Made by a program: the position numbers and the translations under genes. From Candidatus Zhuqueibacterota bacterium (lineage in GTDB: Bacteria; Zhuqueibacterota; Zhuqueibacteria; Thermofontimicrobiales; Thermofontimicrobiaceae): a stretch of 64,000 bases of DNA. Location: the NCBI GenBank assembly GCA_049322915.1, contig JBMOPW010000001.1, positions 1 through 64,000 of the forward strand, written 5' to 3'. Below, piece after piece: positions 19,113 to 28,782 of this stretch (positions are counted from its first letter, which is position 1; every line of letters begins with the position of its first letter). Under the pieces are notes generated by a model that worked only from the letters and a program-made list of their open reading frames with translations, was not told the origin of the DNA and did no database searches.

Positions 19113-19469
19113 TCAGCCTTTGTCGCCATGTTCGCTGCGGGGAAAATTGAAGCACATCCGGGGGAGATTATATTGCAGTAAATTATTAACGTTATAATCT
19201 TTGCAAAGCACATCATTGCTGGTTTTCGTCGTGATCTTCAGCGTCAGTTTGCTGAACGCCAAAGATTTCGCCAGCTTTGTCTCGAGATTCTTGGTGAACT
19301 GGGGGACGGAGAGAAAGTCAGAGGCTTCAGTCCAGATAAGCGTCGCATCCTCATCCCCTGAATTCAGCAGGCCCCTGTCCCAATTGTTCCAGCCATCGAC
19401 CAGGCAGAAACTCGTCGAGAGATAAAGAGCCAGGTTGAGGATCGAAAGAATATGTAGTAATCGCTTCAT
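19113..19469 (-). CDS. Hypothetical exported or membrane protein
   Basis: MKRLLHILSILNLALYLS signal-like N-terminus; divergent from the fur gene. Confidence 0.35.
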   Translation of the reverse strand: MKRLLHILSILNLALYLSTSFCLVDGWNNWDRGLLNSGDEDATLIWTEASDFLSVPQFTKNLETKLAKSLAFSKLTLKITTKTSNDVLCKDYNVNNLLQYNLPRMCFNFPRSEHGDKG

Positions 19470-19606
19470 CAAGAGGGGATACTGTCCTTTCGTTACAATG
19501 ACATTTAACATCGCTGCCCGTTATAAGTTTCAGCATTTTTTACAGTCCGGGCAAGTATTTCAGACTATGTGGCTCCGGACAAAATACGCTGCTCCGGATT
19601 TTTTCC

Positions 19607-19682
19607 TTGACTTTTTTAAAAAGAGTTCTATATTAATCTGTAACAATTACAAAATGTAATTATGCTGATTGTAACAACTAAG
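19607..19682 (+). promoter_or_regulatory. Sigma-70 promoter with candidate Fur/PerR-family operator
   Basis: TTGACT-N16-TATATT, then palindrome TGTAA-CAA-TTACA (19639-19651) and a second TTGTAACAA copy (19669). Confidence 0.6.
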
Positions 19683-19951
19683 TCTGATGCAACTCACTTG
19701 ACAATTGACAGTTAGCCTGAATTTTGAATGTAGCGTACTGATCCGATTGAACCGGGATTTCTCCCCGTCCATTTCGTCCTGCCCGAAATGAAAAGAAATT
19801 TGAGTGACTGAATTGATGAAGAGAGTAAAGTCAATTCATTTTCCAATTCAGCGATGCTACATGTTCCCTCCCTGCCTGTTATTTTGCTTCCCTGTTTGTT
19901 ACCCGATAATTAGTTTGTTTTGTTTCATTACCTGATAGAGGATGATTTGCA

Positions 19952-20407
19952 ATGAACTATGGTCAACTTGCAACGACGACGCACCTGCGAGAATTGCTGG
20001 TTAAAAAAGGAGTGAAACCGTCTTTTCAGAGAGTATACATTTTGCAGTATATCATGAATTCGATAGCGCACCCTTCAGTGGATGAAGTTTATAATGCACT
20101 GTACAATGAAATACCGACATTGTCCAAAACGACGGTGTACAACACGTTGAAAATGTTTGCTGAGAAGGGCCTTGTTTCTGCCCTCACGATTTCTGATACG
20201 GAAATGAGATATGATCATGCCGGAACGCGACATGCTCATTTCATGTGTCTTGTTTGCCACAGGATTTATGATATTCCATTGGAATCAAATTTATTGACCA
20301 TCGAGAAGATAGATGATCATGAGATAGTTCAAACTGAAATTTCGTTCAAAGGTATTTGCAAGTCGTGTCTGAATTCAAAATCCGATGAGCGTTCCATTGA
20401 AACCTAA
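19952..20407 (+). CDS. Fur/PerR-family transcriptional regulator
   Basis: HPSVDEVY, PTLSKTTVYNTL, HAHFMCLVC, GICKSC. Confidence 0.9.
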   Translation: MNYGQLATTTHLRELLVKKGVKPSFQRVYILQYIMNSIAHPSVDEVYNALYNEIPTLSKTTVYNTLKMFAEKGLVSALTISDTEMRYDHAGTRHAHFMCLVCHRIYDIPLESNLLTIEKIDDHEIVQTEISFKGICKSCLNSKSDERSIET

Positions 20408-20590
20408 CGTTTGTCTTTGACGACCTGTTCGAAGCCGAGGACACAGGGAATACGCGAAGAGCTCCTGACGGATCGATATAGCTGAGCGTCTCGTGCTGTG
20501 CAATTCGCCGCCTGAAAAAGGACCATTCGTTTCATTGGACACTTGAAGGATGCAACATTGATACACCTATTTTCTTTCAGGAGGTTTTGT

Positions 20591-21931
20591 ATGGAATGGC
20601 CTATTTTTCAGATGCCATTTATCGGTAATCGTTTGTTGGTAGCAATTGTCGGTGTGATTCATGTATGCATTTCGCACGGAATGGCCGTGGGGGGAAGCTA
20701 TTTTATCGTGTTTCTCCACTACAAGTCTCTCCGTGAAAATGACATGAGACTGAATGAACTGGCCCTCAAGGTGCTACGGGTTTTTTTCATCGTTACAACA
20801 TCATTTGGAGCGCTGACCGGAGTGGGCATTTGGCTCACAACAGCCACCGTCTCGCCCGTGACCATCGGCTCCATGCTGCGCATCTTCTTCTGGGTTTGGT
20901 TCATTGAATGGATCGTCTTTGTCTCCGAGGTTGTGTTGATCATGTTCTATTACCTGGGCTGGCAAAAATATGGTCCAAAGAAAGGCTTCAGAATCGGGAT
21001 CATCTACGTCGTCGTCTCGTGGCTGACCATGATGCTGATCACCGGCATTCTCGGCGCCATGCTGACGCCGGGAAAATGGCTGGCCACCCAATCCGTCTGG
21101 GATGGCTTCTTCAATCCCACCTATCTGCCCCAGTTGATGAGTCGTACTTTTTTAGCGGCAATTTTGTCCGTGAGTTTCGGTCTGCTCATCATGCGGTTCA
21201 TGAAAAGCTACCGGGACATGTGGCCCAAAGTGTGGCGATTCGCCGGCATCAGCCTGATGGTGACCGCTCCCATCTATCTTTACGGCGTGCTCAGCTACTA
21301 TCACGTCCTGCCGCAGCACATTGGCAACCTCATTCCCACCGCACTGATGACGCTGAAATTCTCCGCCTACGCCCATATCAGCAAACTGTACTATCTGGTG
21401 ACGATGCTCATCCTGTTCGTTTTTGGCGCGATTCTCCTGATCCGCAAAAAGGATTATGTCGTCATCTCCATCATCCCGATTATCCTGATGATCGGCGCGG
21501 TAGGCCAGTTTGAACGGGTGCGGGAATTCATCCGCAAGCCGTTCACCATTCACGAGTACCTCTATTCCAACGCCATCCGCGCGGCGGAGCAGCCGTTTCT
21601 CGAAAAAGATGGCATTCTCAAATACGCTGGCTGGGCGGCTCGTTCAGCGAAAGAGACCGACCCAGTTCTGAGAAACGGCGAGATGATTTTCAAAGTGGAA
21701 TGCTCCACCTGCCACACCTATACCGGCGTCAACGGCATCACCAAAAAGACCAACATCCTGCAGAGCCAGGAACTCAACGAAAATTTCCTCAAAACATACA
21801 AACGCTCCCATCCCTACATGCCTCCTTTCACCGGAACCGATGAGGAGCGAGTTGCGCTGGCCGCCTATCTGGATAAAATCGTGAAGCAGGCCCACGGCGT
21901 GAAAACACAACTGACGGAGGTGAAAAACTGA
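20591..21931 (+). CDS. Cytochrome bd-like subunit (CydA homologue, OR-C type) with C-terminal c-type heme
   Basis: Aligns by eye with CydA in this window (IHVCISH, FGALTGVGI, IEWIVFVSE, MLTPG, EFIRKP); no Q-loop; CSTCH..YMPPF. Confidence 0.75.
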   Translation: MEWPIFQMPFIGNRLLVAIVGVIHVCISHGMAVGGSYFIVFLHYKSLRENDMRLNELALKVLRVFFIVTTSFGALTGVGIWLTTATVSPVTIGSMLRIFFWVWFIEWIVFVSEVVLIMFYYLGWQKYGPKKGFRIGIIYVVVSWLTMMLITGILGAMLTPGKWLATQSVWDGFFNPTYLPQLMSRTFLAAILSVSFGLLIMRFMKSYRDMWPKVWRFAGISLMVTAPIYLYGVLSYYHVLPQHIGNLIPTALMTLKFSAYAHISKLYYLVTMLILFVFGAILLIRKKDYVVISIIPIILMIGAVGQFERVREFIRKPFTIHEYLYSNAIRAAEQPFLEKDGILKYAGWAARSAKETDPVLRNGEMIFKVECSTCHTYTGVNGITKKTNILQSQELNENFLKTYKRSHPYMPPFTGTDEERVALAAYLDKIVKQAHGVKTQLTEVKN

Positions 21932-21932
21932 C

Positions 21933-23219
21933 ATGGATATTTTACCCATCGATATTCCGCTCGATCTGCCAGCCGCACTATGGTTTTTGAAATTTGTATT
22001 GATCGCTTTTTTCCTGCTGCACATCCTGTTCATCAATTTTATGATCGGGGGGACAATCTGGACGGTGTTCATGAAAATGCTGGGCCGCGAGGATCCATTC
22101 TGGCACCGAGTGGCAAAGGATATTGGCAATACAGTCACGGTGAACAAGAGTCTCGCGGTCGTGCTTGGAATTGCGCCGCTGCTGACAGTCAGTCTGGTGT
22201 ACACTCAGTTTTTCTATTCGGCCAACAATATCACAGCGCCTTTGTGGTTGTCCATCATCTGGCTGGTGCCGACAGCGTTCATCTCCCTTTACATTTTCAA
22301 ATACACCTGGGATTCCCGACATTACAGCGAGAAATTCAAGTATTTCTGGGGCCTGCTGGCCGTCGCCATTTTCATGTTCGTGCCGCTGATTTTTCTTTCG
22401 AATATTAATTTGATGCTGTACCCGGATCAGTGGAAAAACGTGTACAATTTCTGGCAGGCCATCTGGGTACCCAATGTGCTGCCGCGCTATCTTCATTTCA
22501 TGAATGCCAGTCTGGCCATCACCGGTTTTTTTGCCTATGGCTATTTTCATGTCAAAGGAAGGAACAAGCCGGACGATCTGGCCTATTACAAGCGGGCCAG
22601 TCGGCTGGGCATGAAGTGGGCGCTGTTCGCCACGCTGCTGCAAATGGTGTTCGGCGTTTTGAATTACGCGACTCTGCCCATGATCGCGGATTCGGCGCTG
22701 GTGTTGATTTTGATACTGATCACGGTTGTTATCGCCGGCATCGTGGTGTACCTGTTGTCGCTCAATTTATTCGCTGAAAAAAATATTCGTCCTGCGGTGA
22801 TTCTGACGCTGGCGTTGATCGTGGTGGCTCTCATGGCCACGCAGCGTCATTTCATCCGGGAAAATGCATTGACAGAGCCGAAGAAAATGCTGGCCAATAA
22901 AACGGACATCTACCGAACGCGACTGGCGGCATTCCTGAAAAACTATTCGCCCACCGGGGAAATAAAGGTGACCGGACAGTCCATTTTTCAGGATGTGTGC
23001 ATGTCCTGTCACGCAATTGACCGGAAGGTGGTTGGCCCGCCCATGTCGTACGCGATTGATAAATATAAAAATACTCCGGATGCCATGGTCGCCTTTGTCA
23101 ATAGTCCGAAAAAAGTGAATCCCGACTACCCGGTCATGCCCAAACCGCCGGTCTCGCCGGCTGAAATCGACATGGTGGTAGATTATTTATTAAACCTGGA
23201 GAAGGGAAAAAATGAATAA
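21933..23219 (+). CDS. Cytochrome bd-like partner subunit (CydA'-like) with C-terminal c-type heme
   Basis: LLHILFINFMIGG, LPRYLHF, about 9 TMs; CMSCH..VVGP..VMP class I cytochrome c domain. Confidence 0.7.
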   Translation: MDILPIDIPLDLPAALWFLKFVLIAFFLLHILFINFMIGGTIWTVFMKMLGREDPFWHRVAKDIGNTVTVNKSLAVVLGIAPLLTVSLVYTQFFYSANNITAPLWLSIIWLVPTAFISLYIFKYTWDSRHYSEKFKYFWGLLAVAIFMFVPLIFLSNINLMLYPDQWKNVYNFWQAIWVPNVLPRYLHFMNASLAITGFFAYGYFHVKGRNKPDDLAYYKRASRLGMKWALFATLLQMVFGVLNYATLPMIADSALVLILILITVVIAGIVVYLLSLNLFAEKNIRPAVILTLALIVVALMATQRHFIRENALTEPKKMLANKTDIYRTRLAAFLKNYSPTGEIKVTGQSIFQDVCMSCHAIDRKVVGPPMSYAIDKYKNTPDAMVAFVNSPKKVNPDYPVMPKPPVSPAEIDMVVDYLLNLEKGKNE

Positions 23220-23757
23220 GAAATTGCCCATGATATTGGCTGGTTTAGCGGTGGTGTGGATTGTTGCGGTCGTCGCACTGGTCTATGCCTCCCACCTGAT
23301 CATCCACCGTTTCGGGCCGCTGCCTCAGCAGCCGATTCAATTTTCGCACACCACTCATGTCAACAAATTGAACATGGAGTGCCTGTATTGCCACGCCGCC
23401 GCTGAGAAATCGATTCATGCGACCATTCCGGAAGGCGAGCTCTGTTACTCGTGCCACGAAGACGCCGATATCGACAAGCCCGAAGTGAAAAAAATGCTGG
23501 CCATGTTTGAAGCGCAGAATAAAATCTACTGGGATCGTGTCTACACGGTGAAAGATCACGTGTATTTCAGCCATCGCGTTCATACCATGGTCGCGAAACT
23601 GGAATGCCAGGAATGCCACGGCCCCATCGAGAATATGACAGTGGCGATTCGTTCATCCGGCGGGGCATCGGATCGGGGATTTCTGGAAATGGGCTGGTGC
23701 GTCACCTGCCATAAGAAACGCGGCGCCCCGCGGGAATGCATCACATGCCACAAGTGA
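23212..23757 (+). CDS. actA: Alternative complex III pentaheme cytochrome c subunit
   Basis: N-terminal TM, QPIQFSH, five CxxCH motifs, MGWC; no extra monoheme domain. Confidence 0.85.
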   Translation: MNKKLPMILAGLAVVWIVAVVALVYASHLIIHRFGPLPQQPIQFSHTTHVNKLNMECLYCHAAAEKSIHATIPEGELCYSCHEDADIDKPEVKKMLAMFEAQNKIYWDRVYTVKDHVYFSHRVHTMVAKLECQECHGPIENMTVAIRSSGGASDRGFLEMGWCVTCHKKRGAPRECITCHK

Positions 23758-23916
23758 AAATGGCCGCCGCCGATGGCGTCTCTCCATCCGTTTGATTGCG
23801 GCATTGGGTGGTGCGCGTTGCACGAAATGTAGTTTGTACCTGGACATAGAAAACTGACGAAGCTCTCATCGAATGATTTCGAATGTGAACTGAGTCAGAA
23901 ATGAGGAGAAGTGAAC

Positions 23917-26796
23917 ATGAATTTGGATAGACGAGATTTCATAAAATCATTGGGGTCATTGAGCCTGGTGATGGTGCCGGATCTCAGCCAGGGCCCGTTG
24001 CGGAAATTATTCCCGATGCTGATTCCGGCTGAGGAGATCATCCCGGGCGTGCCGTACTGGTATGTGTCGACCTGCCGCGAGTGCCCGGCTGGCTGCGGCG
24101 TTTTGCTCAAAGTCCGCAATGACAATGTGATCAAAATAGAAGGGAATCCCAACCATCCGGTCAATTGCGGCGGACTCTGTGCCCGCGGACAGGCGGCGCT
24201 TCAGGAATTGTACAGCGCAGAGCGGCTGCAAGCGCCCATGAAAATTCCGGCCTCTGGCCCGCGCGAGCGAACCACGTGGGATGCTGTCATTCCTGAGTTG
24301 AAGGCGAAGATGGGCGCCGGCAAAACCGTCGTGCTCAGCGGCGATCTTTCCGGCAGCCAAAAATCCTTTGTGGAAAAATGGATTGCAGGAATCGCCGGCA
24401 ACGCTGAACTTGTCATGTACGAGCCGTTCCATCGGGCCGGCTATCGCCGGGCGAACGAGATTGTGTTCGGTAAAAATGTGGATTCCAGGTATCATCTCGA
24501 TAAAGCGGATTATGTGTTGTCTTTCGGCGCTGATTTTATGGAAACCTGGCAATCGCCTGTTGCATTGAGCCGCGACTTTTCCGATGCGCGGCGATTCAGA
24601 AATGGCCGGTCGGCAAAACTGGCGTACGTGGGAATCGCCGACAGCATCACCGCCACAAACGCCGATGAAGAGTACAAAATTAATCCGCTGTCCGAGACCG
24701 TGCTGCTGCTGGCGCTGGCCAGTCAGTTGCTGGAGAAAAATTCCAGGCTGAACATGGAAAGCCGGGAGAGGCAACGCTGGCGGTCTCTTCTCGGGAAATA
24801 CACGCCGGAATTGGCCGCGGAATATTCCGGGCTGACGGTTCAGAACGTGGTTCATCTGGCTGAGCAATTGCTGGCGTTCAAAAACAGCGTCCTGCTTTGC
24901 GGCGAATCGCTGGCTGCTCATGAACATGCCACAGCGTCGCTCGTGGCCGCCAATCTGGTCAATTACTTTGCCGGCAATTACGGCGTCACTATTTCGCTGG
25001 GCAGCCCGGACGCGACCGTTGGTTCCATGACTGCGCTGGAGCAGTTGCTGCGCGAGATGGAAGCCGGACAGGTCGCTCACCTCATCATGTACAACACCAA
25101 TCCGGCGTTCACCTATCCGGACAGGGAGCGGTTGGCTGCGGCCTTCAAAAAAGTCGGACTGAAAATCGCCCTGGCCACGACGCCCAACGAGACGACGGAA
25201 TTGGCGGATTACGCACTGCCGGTCTCCCATGCCATTGAAACGTGGGGCATTGAATCCCCGCAGCCCGATGTATTTTCGCTGGTTCAGCCGGGAATGAAAC
25301 CGGTGTTCGATTCAAAGCCCATGGAAGAGGCGCTGATTGCCCTGGCGCCTGTGGCATCGCTGCCGGACTCGCTGGAGAAATTTATCGAAGATGAATGGCA
25401 ATCCATTTTCCGGCTGAAACCGGCGGCATCGTCGTTTCCTGACAACTGGAAAGAATTGCTATTGACCGGGGGAGTCTGGCTAACGAGCGAAGCCGTACCG
25501 CCTGCGCCAGCGCTTTCTTCGCGATTGTCCGGCTATCTGAATGCCCTGGCGATGCCGGAAAAATCGGCTGGTGTTGCGCTGCTTGTCAATTTCAGCCATC
25601 GCTTTTTTGACGGCCGCGGCGCCAATAAACCCTGGCTCTGGGAGGTGCCCAATGCCCTGTCTCACACGGTGTGGGATACTCCGCTCCGAATTCATCCGAA
25701 ACGCGCCGAGCCACTGGCCCTGAAGGAAGGCGACATCGTCGCCATTTCGGCCAATGGCCGCACCATCGAAGCGCCGGTCTTGCTGACGGAGCACGTCCAT
25801 CCGTCTGTCGTTGCCATGGAATTCGGCGCCGGGCATGCGCATTACGGCGCTGCGGCTGTCAAAGAGACCGGCAATCCGTGGCTGCTGCTCTCCGGCGCCG
25901 GGGACGACAATGGCGATGTGATGCTGGTGACCCGGGATATTCAGATGAAAAAGACCGGCAAATGGCGCAAGCTGGTCCGAATTCAGGGCGGCTATGACCA
26001 GGGCGAGCGCAACATCATCCAGCAGATGCATTTAGACCATGCCATTCAACTCGAAAATAGTCACGCGAAGCGGATCGAGCCGCATCATCCGCAGATTTAT
26101 CCAGTGCACGAGCACAAGAAATACGACTGGACCATGGTGGTTGACCTGTCCGCATGCATCGGCTGCGGCGCGTGCGCTGTGGCCTGTTACGCTGAAAATA
26201 ACCTGGCAACGGTCGGCAAAACTCAATGCGACAATGGCCGGGAAATGGCATGGCTGCGCATCGAGCGGTTTGATGTGGACGGCCGTTCGCGGTTCATCCC
26301 GGTGATGTGCCAGCACTGCGAAAATGCGCCGTGCGAAACGGTCTGCCCTGTCTACGCCACAGTGCACAGCGACGAAGGGCTCAATGTGCAGGTGTACAAT
26401 CGCTGCGTGGGCACACGGTATTGCTCGAACAACTGTCCCTACAAAGCGCGACGGTTCAATTTTTTCCATTACACATGGGAGGAACCGGCAAAACGTCAGC
26501 TCAATCCGGACATTTATCATCGGCCCAAAGGCGTCATGGAAAAGTGCACGTTTTGCGTGCATCGGATTCGAAAGGCCAAAGAAGACGCCAAATTGGAGGG
26601 CCGCGTTGTGGCCGATGGTGAGGTGATGCCGGCATGCGCTCAGTCCTGTCCGACGCAGGCGATCACCTTCGGCAATATCAATGATCCTGAAAGCAAAGTC
26701 TCGAAACTGCTGCATGATTTCAGGGGTTATCAACTATTCGAAAATTTGAACACCCAACCCTCGGTCATCTATCTAAAAGGGATTAAACATGAATAA
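23917..26796 (+). CDS. actB: Alternative complex III ActB (molybdopterin-oxidoreductase-like domain fused to Fe-S domain), Tat substrate
   Basis: Tat motif DRRDFIK; EEIIPGVPYWY; KIEGNPNHP; CIGCGAC, CQHCENAPCETVCP, CVGTRYCSNNCPY, MEKCTFC, ACAQSCP. Confidence 0.9.
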   Translation: MNLDRRDFIKSLGSLSLVMVPDLSQGPLRKLFPMLIPAEEIIPGVPYWYVSTCRECPAGCGVLLKVRNDNVIKIEGNPNHPVNCGGLCARGQAALQELYSAERLQAPMKIPASGPRERTTWDAVIPELKAKMGAGKTVVLSGDLSGSQKSFVEKWIAGIAGNAELVMYEPFHRAGYRRANEIVFGKNVDSRYHLDKADYVLSFGADFMETWQSPVALSRDFSDARRFRNGRSAKLAYVGIADSITATNADEEYKINPLSETVLLLALASQLLEKNSRLNMESRERQRWRSLLGKYTPELAAEYSGLTVQNVVHLAEQLLAFKNSVLLCGESLAAHEHATASLVAANLVNYFAGNYGVTISLGSPDATVGSMTALEQLLREMEAGQVAHLIMYNTNPAFTYPDRERLAAAFKKVGLKIALATTPNETTELADYALPVSHAIETWGIESPQPDVFSLVQPGMKPVFDSKPMEEALIALAPVASLPDSLEKFIEDEWQSIFRLKPAASSFPDNWKELLLTGGVWLTSEAVPPAPALSSRLSGYLNALAMPEKSAGVALLVNFSHRFFDGRGANKPWLWEVPNALSHTVWDTPLRIHPKRAEPLALKEGDIVAISANGRTIEAPVLLTEHVHPSVVAMEFGAGHAHYGAAAVKETGNPWLLLSGAGDDNGDVMLVTRDIQMKKTGKWRKLVRIQGGYDQGERNIIQQMHLDHAIQLENSHAKRIEPHHPQIYPVHEHKKYDWTMVVDLSACIGCGACAVACYAENNLATVGKTQCDNGREMAWLRIERFDVDGRSRFIPVMCQHCENAPCETVCPVYATVHSDEGLNVQVYNRCVGTRYCSNNCPYKARRFNFFHYTWEEPAKRQLNPDIYHRPKGVMEKCTFCVHRIRKAKEDAKLEGRVVADGEVMPACAQSCPTQAITFGNINDPESKVSKLLHDFRGYQLFENLNTQPSVIYLKGIKHE

Positions 26797-28132
26797 GGAA
26801 AATTACTTTTCTCCCATGCTCACCGCTGATGATATCAACCGCCGGGTACTCGATCCAATCCGCAAGCCGGGAATCGGTTTCTATTTGCTGATGCTGCTAT
26901 TCCTGAGCTTTGTGGCGTTTGGCGTGACATGTCTGGGGTTGCAGATATTCAAGGGGCTTGGACTTGCCGGGATAAATAACCCGGTCGGCTGGGGCATTTA
27001 TCTGGTGAACTTCGTCTTCTGGGTTGGAATTGCCCATTCCGGAACGCTCATCTCTGCGATACTCTATCTCTTCCGATCTCGTTGGCGAACCAGCGTCAAT
27101 CGGATTGCCGAAGCCATGACCGTATTTGCCGTGATGATGGCCGGCCTTTTCCCGCTGATTCATGTCGGGCGAATCTGGTTTGCCTACTGGCTTTTCCCGT
27201 ATCCCAACGCGCGAACCCTGTGGGTGAATTTCCGCTCACCGTTGAACTGGGACGTATTCGCCGTGTCCACGTACATGACGGTGAGTACGTTGTTTTTCAT
27301 CGTCGGCATGATCCCGGATATGGCCGTATTGCGGGACAGATTCAAAGGGTTGCGCAGCAAAATTTACGGCGTCTTCGCGTTGGGCTGGCGTGGCACGCAC
27401 AAGCAATGGCATCATTATGAGACTGCCTACATATTGTTCGCGGCGCTGGCCACGCCGCTGGTGATTTCAGTTCACAGCATCGTGTCGTGGGATTTCGCCA
27501 TGTCGGTGCTGCCCGGCTGGCATAGCACTATTTTCGCGCCCTATTTCGTCGCCGGGGCCATTTTCTCCGGCTGCGCCATGGTCATCACCATCCTTTTCCC
27601 ATTGCGCAAAGTTTTTCATCTGGAGGAACTCATCACCGAAAAACATTTCACCCGCCTCTCGCAAATGATGCTGCTGACGTCGCTCATCGTCACCTATTCG
27701 TACGCAACGGAGTTTTTCATTGCCTGGTACGGGCATAATATTTTTGAACAGGATTCCTTTTACAACCGCGCGTTCGGATTTTATGGCCCCTATTTCTGGG
27801 CCATGTTGTTCTGCAATTCGATTTTACCCATGTCCATCTTCTTCAAAAAAATCCGGACGAATGTGAAAATCCTGTTCACCATTTCCATTTTCGTGAATAT
27901 CGGCATGTGGCTGGAGCGATTTGTCATTATCATCAGTTCACTTGCCCACGACTTCGATCCCTACTCCTGGGGAAAATACGCGCCGACCTATATCGAATGG
28001 GGCGTGTTCATCGGCAGCGTCGGCGGATTTTTAATCCTGTTTTTCTCCTTTGTGAAATTTGCGCCGGTCGTGGCAATCAGCGAGGTCAAAGGACAAATTC
28101 ACCATGATGTTCATGGAGGTGCGCATGACTGA
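26789..28132 (+). CDS. actC: Alternative complex III quinol-binding NrfD-family subunit
   Basis: NFVFWVGIAHSGTLISAIL, RIAEAMT, HVGR, NFRSPLNWD, SVHSIVSWDFA, GMWLERF. Confidence 0.92.
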   Translation: MNKENYFSPMLTADDINRRVLDPIRKPGIGFYLLMLLFLSFVAFGVTCLGLQIFKGLGLAGINNPVGWGIYLVNFVFWVGIAHSGTLISAILYLFRSRWRTSVNRIAEAMTVFAVMMAGLFPLIHVGRIWFAYWLFPYPNARTLWVNFRSPLNWDVFAVSTYMTVSTLFFIVGMIPDMAVLRDRFKGLRSKIYGVFALGWRGTHKQWHHYETAYILFAALATPLVISVHSIVSWDFAMSVLPGWHSTIFAPYFVAGAIFSGCAMVITILFPLRKVFHLEELITEKHFTRLSQMMLLTSLIVTYSYATEFFIAWYGHNIFEQDSFYNRAFGFYGPYFWAMLFCNSILPMSIFFKKIRTNVKILFTISIFVNIGMWLERFVIIISSLAHDFDPYSWGKYAPTYIEWGVFIGSVGGFLILFFSFVKFAPVVAISEVKGQIHHDVHGGAHD

Positions 28133-28658
28133 GATGAAGAAACGTGTGAAATCAGTGTATTCTGATTATGGTAAATTCATCGCTGCGTTGAAATTGCTGG
28201 CAACGAAATCGGGTCTGGACATGGAAGTGTTTTCGCCCATGCCGCTGCATGATGTGGAAAAAATTCTGCCGCAAAAGCCAAGTCCGGTGCGCTGGTTCAC
28301 TTTTGTGGGTGGCTTGCTTGGGATGAGCATCGGATTCGGTTTCCCGATTTATACAGTGTTGCAGTGGCCGCTCATCACCGGCGGAAAGCCGGTGGTCACG
28401 ATACAGGTTTTCATCATCATCGCTTTTGAATTGCTTATCCTGTTCGGCGCCATCTTCACACTGATCGGATTGCTGATCACTGCCCGGCTGCCCCGCGGCA
28501 AGCTGGCCAATTACGATACGCGATTTTCAGAAAACTCTTTTGGTATGATTATCAGGACGGATCCGGCCAACGTGGCGGAGCTTCGCGATATTCTGAAACA
28601 GGCGGACGATCTGGCCGTCGATGATGTGGAAGTGCTCGCTGTCGGCGCCAATGCCTGA
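28125..28658 (+). CDS. actD: Alternative complex III ActD (DUF3341-like)
   Basis: EVFSPMPLH, WPLITGGKP, IAFELLILFGA, YDTRFSENSFG; ggagg RBS. Confidence 0.85.
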   Translation: MTEMKKRVKSVYSDYGKFIAALKLLATKSGLDMEVFSPMPLHDVEKILPQKPSPVRWFTFVGGLLGMSIGFGFPIYTVLQWPLITGGKPVVTIQVFIIIAFELLILFGAIFTLIGLLITARLPRGKLANYDTRFSENSFGMIIRTDPANVAELRDILKQADDLAVDDVEVLAVGANA

Positions 28659-28782
28659 CAGCGCGGCTGACCCGGGCGCAGAAGCCGATGGACGCCCCAA
28701 AAAGGAGTGGCTCGATGCGAGTCCGATCGGCGTCACCACCGGAAGCGATACTCAAAACCATTTTACAGAGGTAAGCTCATGA
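28651..28782 (+). CDS. 43-aa ORF in the actE position, overlapping both actD and actF
   Basis: MPDSAADPGAEADGRPKKEWLDASPIGVTTGSDTQNHFTEVSS*; starts at the actD stop (ATGCCTGA) and ends in an ATGA overlap with actF; no CxxCH. Confidence 0.3.
   Translation: MPDSAADPGAEADGRPKKEWLDASPIGVTTGSDTQNHFTEVSS

Noticed and set aside
18720..19181. 153-aa + strand ORF
   Set aside because: No RBS or motif, and it overlaps an opposite-strand candidate; probably spurious
24007..25230. 407-aa antisense ORF and similar long shadow ORFs throughout the window
   Set aside because: They lie opposite well-supported genes and are expected from codon bias in moderately GC-rich DNA
23917..26796. Catalytic molybdoenzyme (polysulfide/tetrathionate reductase)
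   Set aside because: Fusion to the Fe-S domain and the presence of actA, actD and actF fit ACIII better; Mo-cofactor binding cannot be shown from sequence
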